32,000 nt of DNA, taken from contig NZ_CP089976.1 in the NCBI RefSeq assembly GCF_022701215.1, positions 90,001-122,000 of the forward strand, read 5' to 3'. Under the pieces are notes generated by a model, which had not been told where the DNA came from, did not search any database, and was given only the letters and a program-made list of their open reading frames with translations. Shown here piece by piece: positions 8,484 through 18,836 of this stretch (position 1 is its first letter; every line of letters starts with the position of its first letter). Made by a program: the position numbers and the translations under genes. This DNA is from Moraxella nasovis. GTDB taxonomy: Bacteria; Pseudomonadota; Gammaproteobacteria; Pseudomonadales; Moraxellaceae.

Positions 8484-10019
8484 ATGAAACATACCGCTAC
8501 TTTGCTTGCCGATATGGCAGCCAAACTTGATCAAAACACTGCCTTTAAAGACGCTGCACAAGATGAGATTGACGCCTTGCACGCCAAAATCGCTAAAGAG
8601 CTGGCAGATGACAGTCATACAGCATCAAACTTAGCTGATGTACAGCTGTCTTTAAGCGATTATTTAGAATCGGTTAAAATGGTGATTGATGATATGTTTA
8701 ATCACGACGTTTGGGTGCAAGCTGAAGTCCGATCAATCAACAGTAAAGGTGGGCATTACTATTTTGAATTAGCCCAAAAAGACGATTCAGGTAAAATCAT
8801 CGCTAGCACCAAGGCGACTTTATGGAAAAATCGTGCAAGCCTTGTTATTCATAAATTTATCAATCAAACAGGTAGAGAGCTAGAAGCAGGTGCAAGCATC
8901 TTAATAAAAGCGTCCGCTAAGTTTCATACTCAATACGGCTTTAGCATAAGTATCAGCGACATCGACCCCACTTATACACTAGGGGAGCTTGCCATCGCTT
9001 ATAACGCCATGCTTAAACGCCTGACAGAAGAAGGATTAACCACGCTTAATAAAAGCCTGCCTATGCCGCTTGACATCAAAAATGTCATCGTGGTCGCTCC
9101 AGAAAATGCCGCAGGATTGGGGGATTTTCGTGCTGAAGCTGACCGACTTCAGGCGGCTAATGCCTGTCAGTTTTATTATCATCATGCCACTTTTCAAGGA
9201 AATCACGCACCCCAAGAAATCCGCCTTGCTCTTAGCGGTGCTGTGCGTAACTTCATTAACATTCATGGGCATAAGCCAGACTTAATCGTTATTATTCGTG
9301 GTGGTGGTGCAGTTGGCGATTTGGCTTATCTCAACGATTATGAGCTTGCCGCCCTACTTGCTGAACAGCCTGTTCCTGTATGGGTTGGCATAGGGCATGA
9401 GCGTGACACGGTAATTTTAGATGAAGTGGCACATACTCGCTTTGATACACCATCTAAGGTGATTTTTGGTATTCAAAATCACCTTGTCGCCGTCATGACA
9501 GCTGCCAAATCCTTTATGAATAAGACGCAGCAAATTACCCAAAAGCAGCTAAATCACGCCAGCCAGACCAATCAAGCAAATCTAAAACGTGTGCAATTTG
9601 CCGCCAATAAATCGCTAAATCTTGCCAAAAAAGACAGTGAGTACGCCATTAAACATACCGAACTACTCTCTCGTCACGCCCTAAAAACAAGCTTTGATGA
9701 TATTCACACCAAATACCAAACTTGTCGTTTAGGGGCTTTTACTCAGCTTGAGACCGCCAAAAAGCACATTCATCATTATCGCCAAACTCATCAAAAGCTT
9801 CAATCTAAACTTTTTGCAATCGCCCAAGAATGTCGCCATTTACAAAGCCTAATTCTCATTCAGCATCCTAGACGCACTCTAGAAAAAGGCTATGCGATAG
9901 TACGTACCAAGCAAGGATTAATTATAGATAATGTAAATACATCTTTACAAAGCGACCGTCTTACTATTGAATTTGCAGATGGTAAAATTTGTGCTAAACC
10001 CATTGATAAAGTCACTTAA
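8484..10019 (+). CDS. xseA: Exodeoxyribonuclease VII large subunit
   Basis: OB-fold N-terminal region (VWVQAEVRSINSKGGHYYFEL), catalytic core (IIRGGGAVGDL), and a long helical C-terminus. It has about 45-50 extra N-terminal residues compared with my recollection of E. coli XseA. Confidence 0.85.
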   Translation: MKHTATLLADMAAKLDQNTAFKDAAQDEIDALHAKIAKELADDSHTASNLADVQLSLSDYLESVKMVIDDMFNHDVWVQAEVRSINSKGGHYYFELAQKDDSGKIIASTKATLWKNRASLVIHKFINQTGRELEAGASILIKASAKFHTQYGFSISISDIDPTYTLGELAIAYNAMLKRLTEEGLTTLNKSLPMPLDIKNVIVVAPENAAGLGDFRAEADRLQAANACQFYYHHATFQGNHAPQEIRLALSGAVRNFINIHGHKPDLIVIIRGGGAVGDLAYLNDYELAALLAEQPVPVWVGIGHERDTVILDEVAHTRFDTPSKVIFGIQNHLVAVMTAAKSFMNKTQQITQKQLNHASQTNQANLKRVQFAANKSLNLAKKDSEYAIKHTELLSRHALKTSFDDIHTKYQTCRLGAFTQLETAKKHIHHYRQTHQKLQSKLFAIAQECRHLQSLILIQHPRRTLEKGYAIVRTKQGLIIDNVNTSLQSDRLTIEFADGKICAKPIDKVT

Positions 10020-10027
10020 GGATAATC

Positions 10028-10699
10028 ATGACTGTTTTTTCTGCTCAAAACGCCAAAGACATTGCCAGCAGTCGCTATACTTGCAAGGCATACGACCCTA
10101 ATAAACCGCTTAATGATGATACAATCAAGCAACTACTTGAGACTTTAAGACTCTCACCATCATCAATTAACATTCAGCCGTGGCGTTTTTTAGTAGCAGA
10201 TAACGCTACTGCTAAAGTCAAAATCTGCCAAAGCATGATAGGCAATGGTGAGCATAATGTCGCTAAAGTTATGAATGCTTCTCACGTTTTGGTGCTGTGC
10301 ACCAAGACATCTTTAGACACAAGGCATCTTGATAATGTATTACATGCTGAACATAAAGCAGGACGTTTTAGCTCAAATGAAGCGATGACAGCTCGTAAAC
10401 AGCATTGTATGACGTACTTACAACCCCTACAGCAAGACCCAAAAAAGCTTTTTATATGGAGCGAGCAACAAACCTTTATCGCTTTAGGTCATTTTTTATT
10501 TGCTGCCCAAATAGCAGGCGTAGCAGCCACGCCAATTGGTGGATTTAATGTCCAGATTTTAAATGACATCTTACACTTGGCAGATCGCCATTTGACAAGT
10601 TCAGTTATCGTTGCCTTGGGCTATCCTAGTAAAGATGAGCCAAATCAGCATCTACCAAAAGCACGATTAGATGCCGATCAAGTCATCGAATTTATCTAA
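10028..10699 (+). CDS. NAD(P)H nitroreductase family protein (NfsB/NfnB-like)
   Basis: SRYTCKAYD…PSSINIQPWRF is the hallmark nitroreductase N-terminus. 223 aa, with an AAGGA RBS. Confidence 0.8.
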   Translation: MTVFSAQNAKDIASSRYTCKAYDPNKPLNDDTIKQLLETLRLSPSSINIQPWRFLVADNATAKVKICQSMIGNGEHNVAKVMNASHVLVLCTKTSLDTRHLDNVLHAEHKAGRFSSNEAMTARKQHCMTYLQPLQQDPKKLFIWSEQQTFIALGHFLFAAQIAGVAATPIGGFNVQILNDILHLADRHLTSSVIVALGYPSKDEPNQHLPKARLDADQVIEFI

Positions 10700-10734
10700 A
10701 CCTTGCATATTTCAACACGATTAAAGATACTGAC

Positions 10735-11607
10735 ATGAATACTGACTTTTTTGATGAGAAGCTAAAACGCCTACTCATAGAGTTTTTACAAAACCGCACC
10801 ACAAAACCAAGCACAATTGACCCTGATGTGCTTGCCTATCGCTGGGTTGGTGGCAAACTTGGCCATCTTCAGGCTATGGAAGTGCACTTTACTCATTCAT
10901 TAGATGATCTGCTCGGCATTGATACCCAAAAACATAAAATTATCGCCAATACTGAACAGTTTTTGGCAGGATTTCCTGCCAATCATGTACTCATGACAGG
11001 GGCTCGTGGCACTGGAAAATCTTCTATTGTGCGTGCTTTATTACACCGATACCACAAACAAGGCTTAAGAATTATTGAAGTGGCAAGAGAAGATCTACTT
11101 CACCTAGAAAAGATACGCCACACTATTTTGCAGCACAACCCTTATCATCGCTACATCATCTACTGTGATGATTTAGCGTTTAGCAGCCAAGATGAAAGTT
11201 ACCGCAGCCTAAAAAGCGTGCTAGATGGCTCGCTTGGTAGTGATCAAGACCGTCTGCTTATCTATGCAACAAGCAATCGTCGTCATCTTTTGCCACAGCT
11301 TATGAAAGATAACCAAAATATTTATAATGGTCAAACTGATGAGATTAATCCGTTTGAGCAAATTGATGAGACCGTATCACTCTCGGATCGCTTTGGCTTA
11401 TGGTTATCATTTTACTCAATAGATCAACAAACCTACCTAGATATCGTTAAAAATAATTTGAATAAACACCATATTATACTGACAGATGAAGCAAAAGCCA
11501 GCGCCTTAAGATGGGCAAGTGAGCGTGGCGGCAGATCTGGGCGAGTCGCAGAGCAGTTTGCACGGCATTACATCGGTCAAAAGCTGCTAAATGATAGCAT
11601 AAGCTAA
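10735..11607 (+). CDS. AAA-type ATPase, DUF815 family
   Basis: Walker A GARGTGKSS and Walker B IIYCDDL. Size and layout are typical of DUF815 ATP-binding proteins. Confidence 0.7.
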   Translation: MNTDFFDEKLKRLLIEFLQNRTTKPSTIDPDVLAYRWVGGKLGHLQAMEVHFTHSLDDLLGIDTQKHKIIANTEQFLAGFPANHVLMTGARGTGKSSIVRALLHRYHKQGLRIIEVAREDLLHLEKIRHTILQHNPYHRYIIYCDDLAFSSQDESYRSLKSVLDGSLGSDQDRLLIYATSNRRHLLPQLMKDNQNIYNGQTDEINPFEQIDETVSLSDRFGLWLSFYSIDQQTYLDIVKNNLNKHHIILTDEAKASALRWASERGGRSGRVAEQFARHYIGQKLLNDSIS

Positions 11608-11630
11608 ACCAATAACACTAATGGTTTAGC
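11603..11630 (+). terminator. Stem-loop overlapping the DUF815 gene stop codon (possible terminator or stabiliser)
   Basis: Perfect 9-bp stem GCTAAACCA/TGGTTTAGC with a 10-nt loop. No T-run follows, so it is not a canonical intrinsic terminator. Confidence 0.35.
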
Positions 11631-11931
11631 CTGATGATACACTAAGTGCTTTAGATCATCTAACTATGCAAGCACTGAGTTCTTAAAAAAGCACCTATGC
11701 CATGCCAAGCACTAAGACACTAGACACACTAAACTTACAAACATCACCGCATTTTGCACAGGGCTTTGGATGCCTAGCCCAAAGACTATCTTATTTTTTA
11801 ATTTACAACTAACTTAACGCAGCGGCTATCTTACTTAACCAAATCACAGCTACGGGATAATTTTTATACCAATTAGGCATGACTCATCGGTAAAGTAGCA
11901 TAGCTAATTATCCAAGAGTCATAAACTGGCA

Positions 11932-11977
11932 TTGACAAGGCAGATTTACTGGGTTTACAATAAGAACGATTTTTATT
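11932..11977 (+). promoter_or_regulatory. Sigma70-like promoter (TTGACA-18 bp-TACAAT) with an overlapping Fur-box-like sequence, upstream of the efe operon
   Basis: TTGACA at 11932-11937 and TACAAT at 11956-11961. AATAAGAACGATTTTTATT (11959-11977) matches 11 of 19 positions of the Fur consensus. It lies about 47 nt upstream of the efeO ATG. Confidence 0.45.
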
Positions 11978-12007
11978 TCAGAATTTACCGATTAAACAAG
12001 GATCTTT

Positions 12008-12874
12008 ATGAAGAGTGCTTTTACATTTAGTGCGTTATTTGCCACAACACTTGCCTTAACTGCCTGCCAAAAGCCTGCCGAACAAGCCACTGATGCAACT
12101 GATACAACCACTCAAGCCCAAGAAACCCCAATTGCTGCAACCACTACAGACTTATCTGCTGAAACTGCAGAATACAAGGCTTGGGTGCAATCTGAAATTG
12201 ACGACTTTGTGGCACAAACAGAAGCATTCGTCGCCCTGCTGAATGAAGGAAAGCTCGAAGAAGCTAAGGCTTTATATCCTAAGGCACGCCTGCATTTTGA
12301 ACGTAGTGAACCCATTGCTGAAAGCTTTGGTGACCTTGATCCACGCATTGACAATCGTGAAGCCGACTTACAAGCAGGCGAGAACTGGACAGGTTATCAT
12401 GCCATCGAAAAGATTCTATGGGTGCAAAATACAACGGACGGTACTAAAGAGCTTGGCAAGCAGCTTATCTTTGATGCAAAAGAGTTAAAAGCAAAAATCC
12501 CAACTGCTGAAGTAACAGGCGAGATGATGGTTCAAGGTGCAGTTGATTTATTAAATGAAGTTTCAACCAGTAAAATCACTGGTGAAGAAGAAATTTTCTC
12601 AAAAACTGATTTATATGACTTTCAGGCAAACATTGACGGAGCTTATAAGATTTTTGAAATTCTAACTCCAAAACTTAACGCCAAAGACCCTGCCTTGGTT
12701 CAGACGCTGAAAGAACAATTTGCCAATGTGAATGCCCTGCTTGATAAGCACAAAGTTGGCACAGAAGATTATAAGCCCTATACCCAATTAACAGCCGAAG
12801 ACACCAAAGAGCTTGCTGAAGCCGTTAATAAGCTTGGTGAACCCCTTGCTCAAATGGGCATCGTACTCCAATAA
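12008..12874 (+). CDS. efeO: EfeO/EfeM-like imelysin (peptidase M75) iron-uptake lipoprotein
   Basis: Lipobox LTAC, HFERSEP metal-site motif, 288 aa. There is no N-terminal cupredoxin domain, so it is EfeM-like. It lies in an operon with efeB and an FTR1 permease. Confidence 0.75.
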   Translation: MKSAFTFSALFATTLALTACQKPAEQATDATDTTTQAQETPIAATTTDLSAETAEYKAWVQSEIDDFVAQTEAFVALLNEGKLEEAKALYPKARLHFERSEPIAESFGDLDPRIDNREADLQAGENWTGYHAIEKILWVQNTTDGTKELGKQLIFDAKELKAKIPTAEVTGEMMVQGAVDLLNEVSTSKITGEEEIFSKTDLYDFQANIDGAYKIFEILTPKLNAKDPALVQTLKEQFANVNALLDKHKVGTEDYKPYTQLTAEDTKELAEAVNKLGEPLAQMGIVLQ

Positions 12875-12943
12875 TATGTGATATTTTAGATTAGCACCGT
12901 ATGGCTTTTTTGGTCAGCGGTGTTTTTTATTTAAGGATGTGTT

Positions 12944-14164
12944 ATGACCATTCACTCTCGCCGTGCATTTTTAGGTAAAATGGGTGCCGTCTCATTAACC
13001 GCTCCATTTTTGGGAGCGTGCCACCAAAGCCAATCAAGTCAAAATAACACCGACAATTCAAGCAAATCCACCAAAAACTGCCTAGCAGATCATACTTTTG
13101 AATTTTATGGTGAGCACCAAGCAGGCATCACTACCCCAAGCCAACGTCATATTTATTTTTTGGTGGCTGATTTGCACACCACTGACCTAGAGACGATAAA
13201 AACGGTCTTTAAAAATTGGACAGCATACAGTGAAAAACTTACCCAAGGGCAAAACATTCAAGCATACGGCGATAATGCTCATGTACCACCCATAGATACA
13301 GGTGAAGCAGACAGTCTATCAGCCTATGGCTTGACGCTTACCTTTGGTGTGTCTCGCTCATTTTTGGAAAAATTGGGGTTACACAATAAAATCCCTGCCG
13401 ATTTTTCTGAGCTGCCAAGTTTTCCAAGAGATCAAATTAAGCCAAATTTATCAGGTGGTGATATCTGCATACAGGCATGTAGCGATGATGCACAAGTGGC
13501 GTTTCATGCGGTGCGTCAGTTGGTGCGTCAAGCACGAAATGCCATCACTATGAAATGGTCTCAGTCAGGCTTTACCAGCTATGATACAGCAGATGAAACA
13601 CCACGCAATTTATTTGGTTTTAAAGACGGCACAGCGAACACTGCAACATTAAAAGAGCCTAATAAGCACCTATGGGTAGATAGCGGCTGGCTTAAAAACG
13701 GCACTTATCTGGTCGCTAGAGTCATACAAATGCATCTAGAAACATGGGATAGAACCAGCTTAAACGGACAAAATGAAACCTTTGGGCGGATTCGTAACAG
13801 CGGTGCAGCGATGGGTCAGTTGCATGAGTTTGATCCTGTTGATGTTACCAAAAAGGATGAAAATGGCAATGTTGTCATGCCTGCCATCTCGCATACAGCA
13901 CTTGCCAATAGGAGTGGCTTGCAGATTTTACGCCGTTCATATTCGTACAGCTCAGGAATCGTACCCAATACAGGGCAATTTGATGCAGGCTTATTATTCA
14001 TCTCTTTTCAAAAAACTCCCATGCAATTTGTCGGCATTCAGACTGCTTTAGGCCGAGTGGATAAAATGAATGAGTACATCACACACATTGGGAGTGGTCT
14101 TTTTGCCTGTTTTGGCGGCATTAAAAAAGGCGAATATCTAGGGCAAGCACTATTTGAAAACTAA
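12944..14164 (+). CDS. efeB: Dyp-type peroxidase / deferrochelatase EfeB (Tat-exported)
   Basis: Twin-arginine signal SRRAFLGKMG, Dyp core FGFKDGTAN, 406 aa. Confidence 0.85.
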   Translation: MTIHSRRAFLGKMGAVSLTAPFLGACHQSQSSQNNTDNSSKSTKNCLADHTFEFYGEHQAGITTPSQRHIYFLVADLHTTDLETIKTVFKNWTAYSEKLTQGQNIQAYGDNAHVPPIDTGEADSLSAYGLTLTFGVSRSFLEKLGLHNKIPADFSELPSFPRDQIKPNLSGGDICIQACSDDAQVAFHAVRQLVRQARNAITMKWSQSGFTSYDTADETPRNLFGFKDGTANTATLKEPNKHLWVDSGWLKNGTYLVARVIQMHLETWDRTSLNGQNETFGRIRNSGAAMGQLHEFDPVDVTKKDENGNVVMPAISHTALANRSGLQILRRSYSYSSGIVPNTGQFDAGLLFISFQKTPMQFVGIQTALGRVDKMNEYITHIGSGLFACFGGIKKGEYLGQALFEN

Positions 14165-14207
14165 GCTTTTATTAAAATCAAAAACACCCTATTATAAGAG
14201 AAAAATT

Positions 14208-15977
14208 ATGTTGCGTCGTTTTATTCTACCATTAGTATTAAGCCTTAGTGCATCAAATATAGCAATTGCCACACCCGCTAAGATTACTTATACCGAGCCG
14301 TCAAGCATAACAGCGGATACAGCCACCAAGACAAAAATAAATTTTAGCCCTGTCTTTGTCTTACTCTCTGATGCAATGACCGCTACCCAAAATAATGATA
14401 CAAAAACTGCCTTAGCTCAATTATCCAAGCTTGAGACATCCTTTCATCAGCTCACCAAACATCTGCCAAGTACTGATTTAATCTTTGTTTTAGATGCCAT
14501 CACTAAGGCAAAAATCAATCCAAATACCGACACCTTAAACCAACTATCTGTCGCCCTTTACGCATTAGAAAAACAAACCAACCCTGTGGATTATACAGCA
14601 GAGCGTACTACTTTTAAGCGCAAAGTTATGCCTGCTTTTGAGCAGCTTTGGCAGGCGTCAACTCAATTTAATGGTACAGATACCACTAATCTGCGTCAAA
14701 GTTATGATAACTTTAATCGCACATGGGCAGCCAATGAACGTGTGGTGCGAAACACAAGTCAAGGGCATTATGGTAAGATTGAGACTGCGATGTCACTCAT
14801 ACGAGTGTCGATCGAAAGTACGCCGCCCAACCATCAACAAATCATCGATCAGCTTGCCATCTTAAAACAAAACTTAGATGGGTTTAATGCAGGCGAAAGT
14901 AAAAAAGCTCAATTAAGCACAGCGACTTTAGACGAAGGAATTGCTCTACTACAAGATGGCTTAACCGCCTTTGAATCTAATGACATTAAAACAGCTCAAG
15001 CCAAACTGAACGAATTTTTGACAATATGGCCGAGCATAGAAGGCGATGTCAGCACAAGAAACCCCAAGCTGTATAACGACATTGAAAGCCAAATTCCCAT
15101 CATTACCGCACATGGCGATACCACCATAAACCAAAACAAGTTAGCATCCCTTATTAGCCAGCTAAAAACCATCGATTCCACTCAAGCCTACTCTTGGGTT
15201 GATGCTATGCTTGTCTTACTTAGAGAAGGATTAGAAGCCCTACTTATTATTATGGCACTGATTTTAGCGTTAACGGCAAGTGCTACCCATACCAATCGCC
15301 AAAATATCACCAAAGGTAAAATCGCTGTCTTTTTGGGTGTTATTTTAGGGATGTCATCAAGCGTGCTTGGGGCATATCTATTAACTGCCTATCTACCGAG
15401 TGTGGGTAGTGGTGCTAGTCGCGAAGCCATGGAAGGTGTCATTGGAATCATTGCTGTGGTCTTTATGATTGGTATCGGTGCTTGGCTACATAGTAAATCG
15501 AGTGTACAATCTTGGAATGCTTTTATCACCAAACACACCAAAAAAGCCTTAAGCACAGGCGGTCTTTTATCCTTGTTTGGATTGGCGTTTTTGTCGGTAT
15601 TTCGTGAAGGTGCAGAGACGATTTTATTTTATGCAGGCATATTGCCAAACATTAGCACAGCCAACTTCCTTACAGGCATTGGTTTGGCGGTATTACTGCT
15701 GGTAGTCGCTGGCATCATTATGCTAAAAACATCTATCCGATTGCCTATTCCCACGCTCTTTAGAATCTTAACATGGGTCATTTACGCCCTTGGCTTTAAA
15801 ATGCTTGGCGTAAGCATCTTAGCATTACAGCTGACCAATCACATCACTCAAACCATACTAAGACTACCCGCTATCTCTGCTATTGGTTTTTATCCAAGTA
15901 TTCAGGGTATTATCGCTCAAGCTTTGTACATCATAGTGATTATTGCTATGAATTATTACATTAAAAAACGCCCTTAA
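14208..15977 (+). CDS. efeU: FTR1/EfeU-family iron permease with a large N-terminal periplasmic domain
   Basis: Both REXXE motifs are present (LREGLEAL, FREGAETI) in a C-terminal multi-TM region. The preferred start is ATG 14208 (MLRRFILPLVLSLSA signal peptide, AAGAG RBS); the ORF-track start at 14154 overlaps efeB. Confidence 0.8.
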   Translation: MLRRFILPLVLSLSASNIAIATPAKITYTEPSSITADTATKTKINFSPVFVLLSDAMTATQNNDTKTALAQLSKLETSFHQLTKHLPSTDLIFVLDAITKAKINPNTDTLNQLSVALYALEKQTNPVDYTAERTTFKRKVMPAFEQLWQASTQFNGTDTTNLRQSYDNFNRTWAANERVVRNTSQGHYGKIETAMSLIRVSIESTPPNHQQIIDQLAILKQNLDGFNAGESKKAQLSTATLDEGIALLQDGLTAFESNDIKTAQAKLNEFLTIWPSIEGDVSTRNPKLYNDIESQIPIITAHGDTTINQNKLASLISQLKTIDSTQAYSWVDAMLVLLREGLEALLIIMALILALTASATHTNRQNITKGKIAVFLGVILGMSSSVLGAYLLTAYLPSVGSGASREAMEGVIGIIAVVFMIGIGAWLHSKSSVQSWNAFITKHTKKALSTGGLLSLFGLAFLSVFREGAETILFYAGILPNISTANFLTGIGLAVLLLVVAGIIMLKTSIRLPIPTLFRILTWVIYALGFKMLGVSILALQLTNHITQTILRLPAISAIGFYPSIQGIIAQALYIIVIIAMNYYIKKRP

Positions 15978-15990
15978 CCACCAAATAAAA

Positions 15991-16018
15991 AGCACCGAAA
16001 AATAACGGTGCTTTTTAT
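15991..16018. terminator. Bidirectional intrinsic terminator between efeU and purA
   Basis: Stem AGCACCG/CGGTGCT flanked by an A-run upstream and a T-run downstream, between convergent genes. Confidence 0.75.
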
Positions 16019-16030
16019 TATTAGCTTAAT

Positions 16031-17356
<1,326 letters not shown>

Positions 17357-17370
17357 TCACATCTATAAAG

Positions 17371-18591
17371 TTAATCATCGCCCGATAAGCGGACTGCCCA
17401 CTCACCAAGCGACTCATCAAAGTGCAATACACCATCAATGTGCTCTGGCTTATCATCAGCAGACAGTGGCTTAATGACGATACAACCTTCGTCTTGCAGG
17501 GTTTTAATTTGCACCTCTAAGTCTATTTGTCTTAACTCATCTGCTGCTATAAGCTCATCATAATCTACCCAAATTACGGTATCTTCTTGAAGCTCGATAA
17601 ACTCAAGCAGACGGTTAATATCCATACTAAAGCCTGTCGCTTGGCGATGTGCATTCGCACAAAAGCGACCGCCACGCACCAAGGCTTGGGTCTGAGTGGC
17701 ATCCGAGCAAGTTAAATAGGCATTAAAGACAATGCCTGTGTGATAGTGATAGCCTGACAACTCTGTGCAGTCCACGCTAACACTCATGCCCGCTTGATCA
17801 ATATGAGCGACAAGATTTGCCACCTCGCCTGCTGCCTTGACGATATCTATATCTGCGGCTGCCACAGGTGATAGTTTTTGTAGTAGGTTTTGTGCATTTG
17901 GCGTGTCGTCCATTGATAATGTATGCTTTGCTAAGACGATAAAATCATTGCCACCAGTCAAATCGCTACATAACACTTGAAGCTGTGGTAAGTCTTTTTT
18001 GGTGTAGCATGCCATCAGCTGTGAAATTGATTTCTCACTAAGTTTATGTAGCTGACATAATCTTTGGAAAATAGCGACATGCCCGATATCCACATGCAAA
18101 TCACTTCTTGCCATACCGATATGATCCATTAGCGTGCCAAGCAGATCAATCAATGATTTTTCAGCAGCAATGTCTTTGACACCAAAAATCTCCGCCCCAA
18201 GCTGAAGTGGTGTTCTTAGCCCAAATAGTCCAGTTGGTAAAGTTTTTACCACCTGCCCCACATAGCAGTAGCGACTAATACCAACGCCATGCTGAGCATC
18301 AATACGGGTAATTTGTGGGGTAATATCGGCACGCACGCCCATCAAGCGTCCTGTCATCTGATCGATGATTTTGAAGGTTTGGCGTTTTAATTCTTCATCA
18401 GCAGCACCAAGTAAGGTCTCTGTATACTCAATTAATGGGGGTGATACCAAACGATAGCCGTGAGCTGTCAGCACAAATAACAGTGCGTCTCGCAAACTTT
18501 CTTGTTTTTGGGCGTCTTTAAAAAGGATGTCAGCTACGCCATCAGGCAAAAGCCAATTGCGTGCCGTGCTAGAATCTAATGTGCTAGACAA
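17371..18591 (-). CDS. hisZ: ATP phosphoribosyltransferase regulatory subunit
   Basis: HisRS-like fold without an anticodon domain (WLLPDGVADILF…). It lies directly upstream of purA, as in many gammaproteobacteria. TTG start with an AGAGG RBS. Confidence 0.8.
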   Translation of the reverse strand: MSSTLDSSTARNWLLPDGVADILFKDAQKQESLRDALLFVLTAHGYRLVSPPLIEYTETLLGAADEELKRQTFKIIDQMTGRLMGVRADITPQITRIDAQHGVGISRYCYVGQVVKTLPTGLFGLRTPLQLGAEIFGVKDIAAEKSLIDLLGTLMDHIGMARSDLHVDIGHVAIFQRLCQLHKLSEKSISQLMACYTKKDLPQLQVLCSDLTGGNDFIVLAKHTLSMDDTPNAQNLLQKLSPVAAADIDIVKAAGEVANLVAHIDQAGMSVSVDCTELSGYHYHTGIVFNAYLTCSDATQTQALVRGGRFCANAHRQATGFSMDINRLLEFIELQEDTVIWVDYDELIAADELRQIDLEVQIKTLQDEGCIVIKPLSADDKPEHIDGVLHFDESLGEWAVRLSGDD

Positions 18592-18796
18592 AACGAACCT
18601 CTGTTAATCACGGTTTAAAATCAATCTATTCATGAAAAAACAGAAAAAGTAAATTCGCGTTGTTTTTTCGGGTGTAGTGTATCATTAATTCCATCATCAG
18701 ACTAGGCTCAATTATAAAAAATTTTAAAATTTATAGCCATTTAGCAGTACTAAATAATGTTTTAATGCAATTGGGCGTGAAAAAAGCATGAAACAT

Positions 18797-18805
18797 TGTT
18801 ATAAT
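18797..18805 (+). promoter_or_regulatory. Extended -10 (TGtTATAAT) for corA
   Basis: TGTTATAAT lies about 30 nt upstream of the GGAG RBS and ATG at 18837. Confidence 0.5.
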
Positions 18806-18836
18806 ACCCAATTTTAACCCTTAGCGTGGAGATGGT

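Noticed and set aside
11616-11732. Cluster of six CACT(A/G)(A/G) motifs in the DUF815-efeO intergenic region
   Set aside because: The motif is short and degenerate in CA/AT-rich DNA. I cannot show enrichment over chance without a genome-wide count. It may be worth a motif scan but is not supportable as a site.
12892-12930. Possible hairpin plus T-run between efeO and efeB (GCACCG…CGGTG TTTTTT)
   Set aside because: The stem is only about 5-6 bp with an ~18-nt loop, which is too weak to call an attenuator or terminator by eye.
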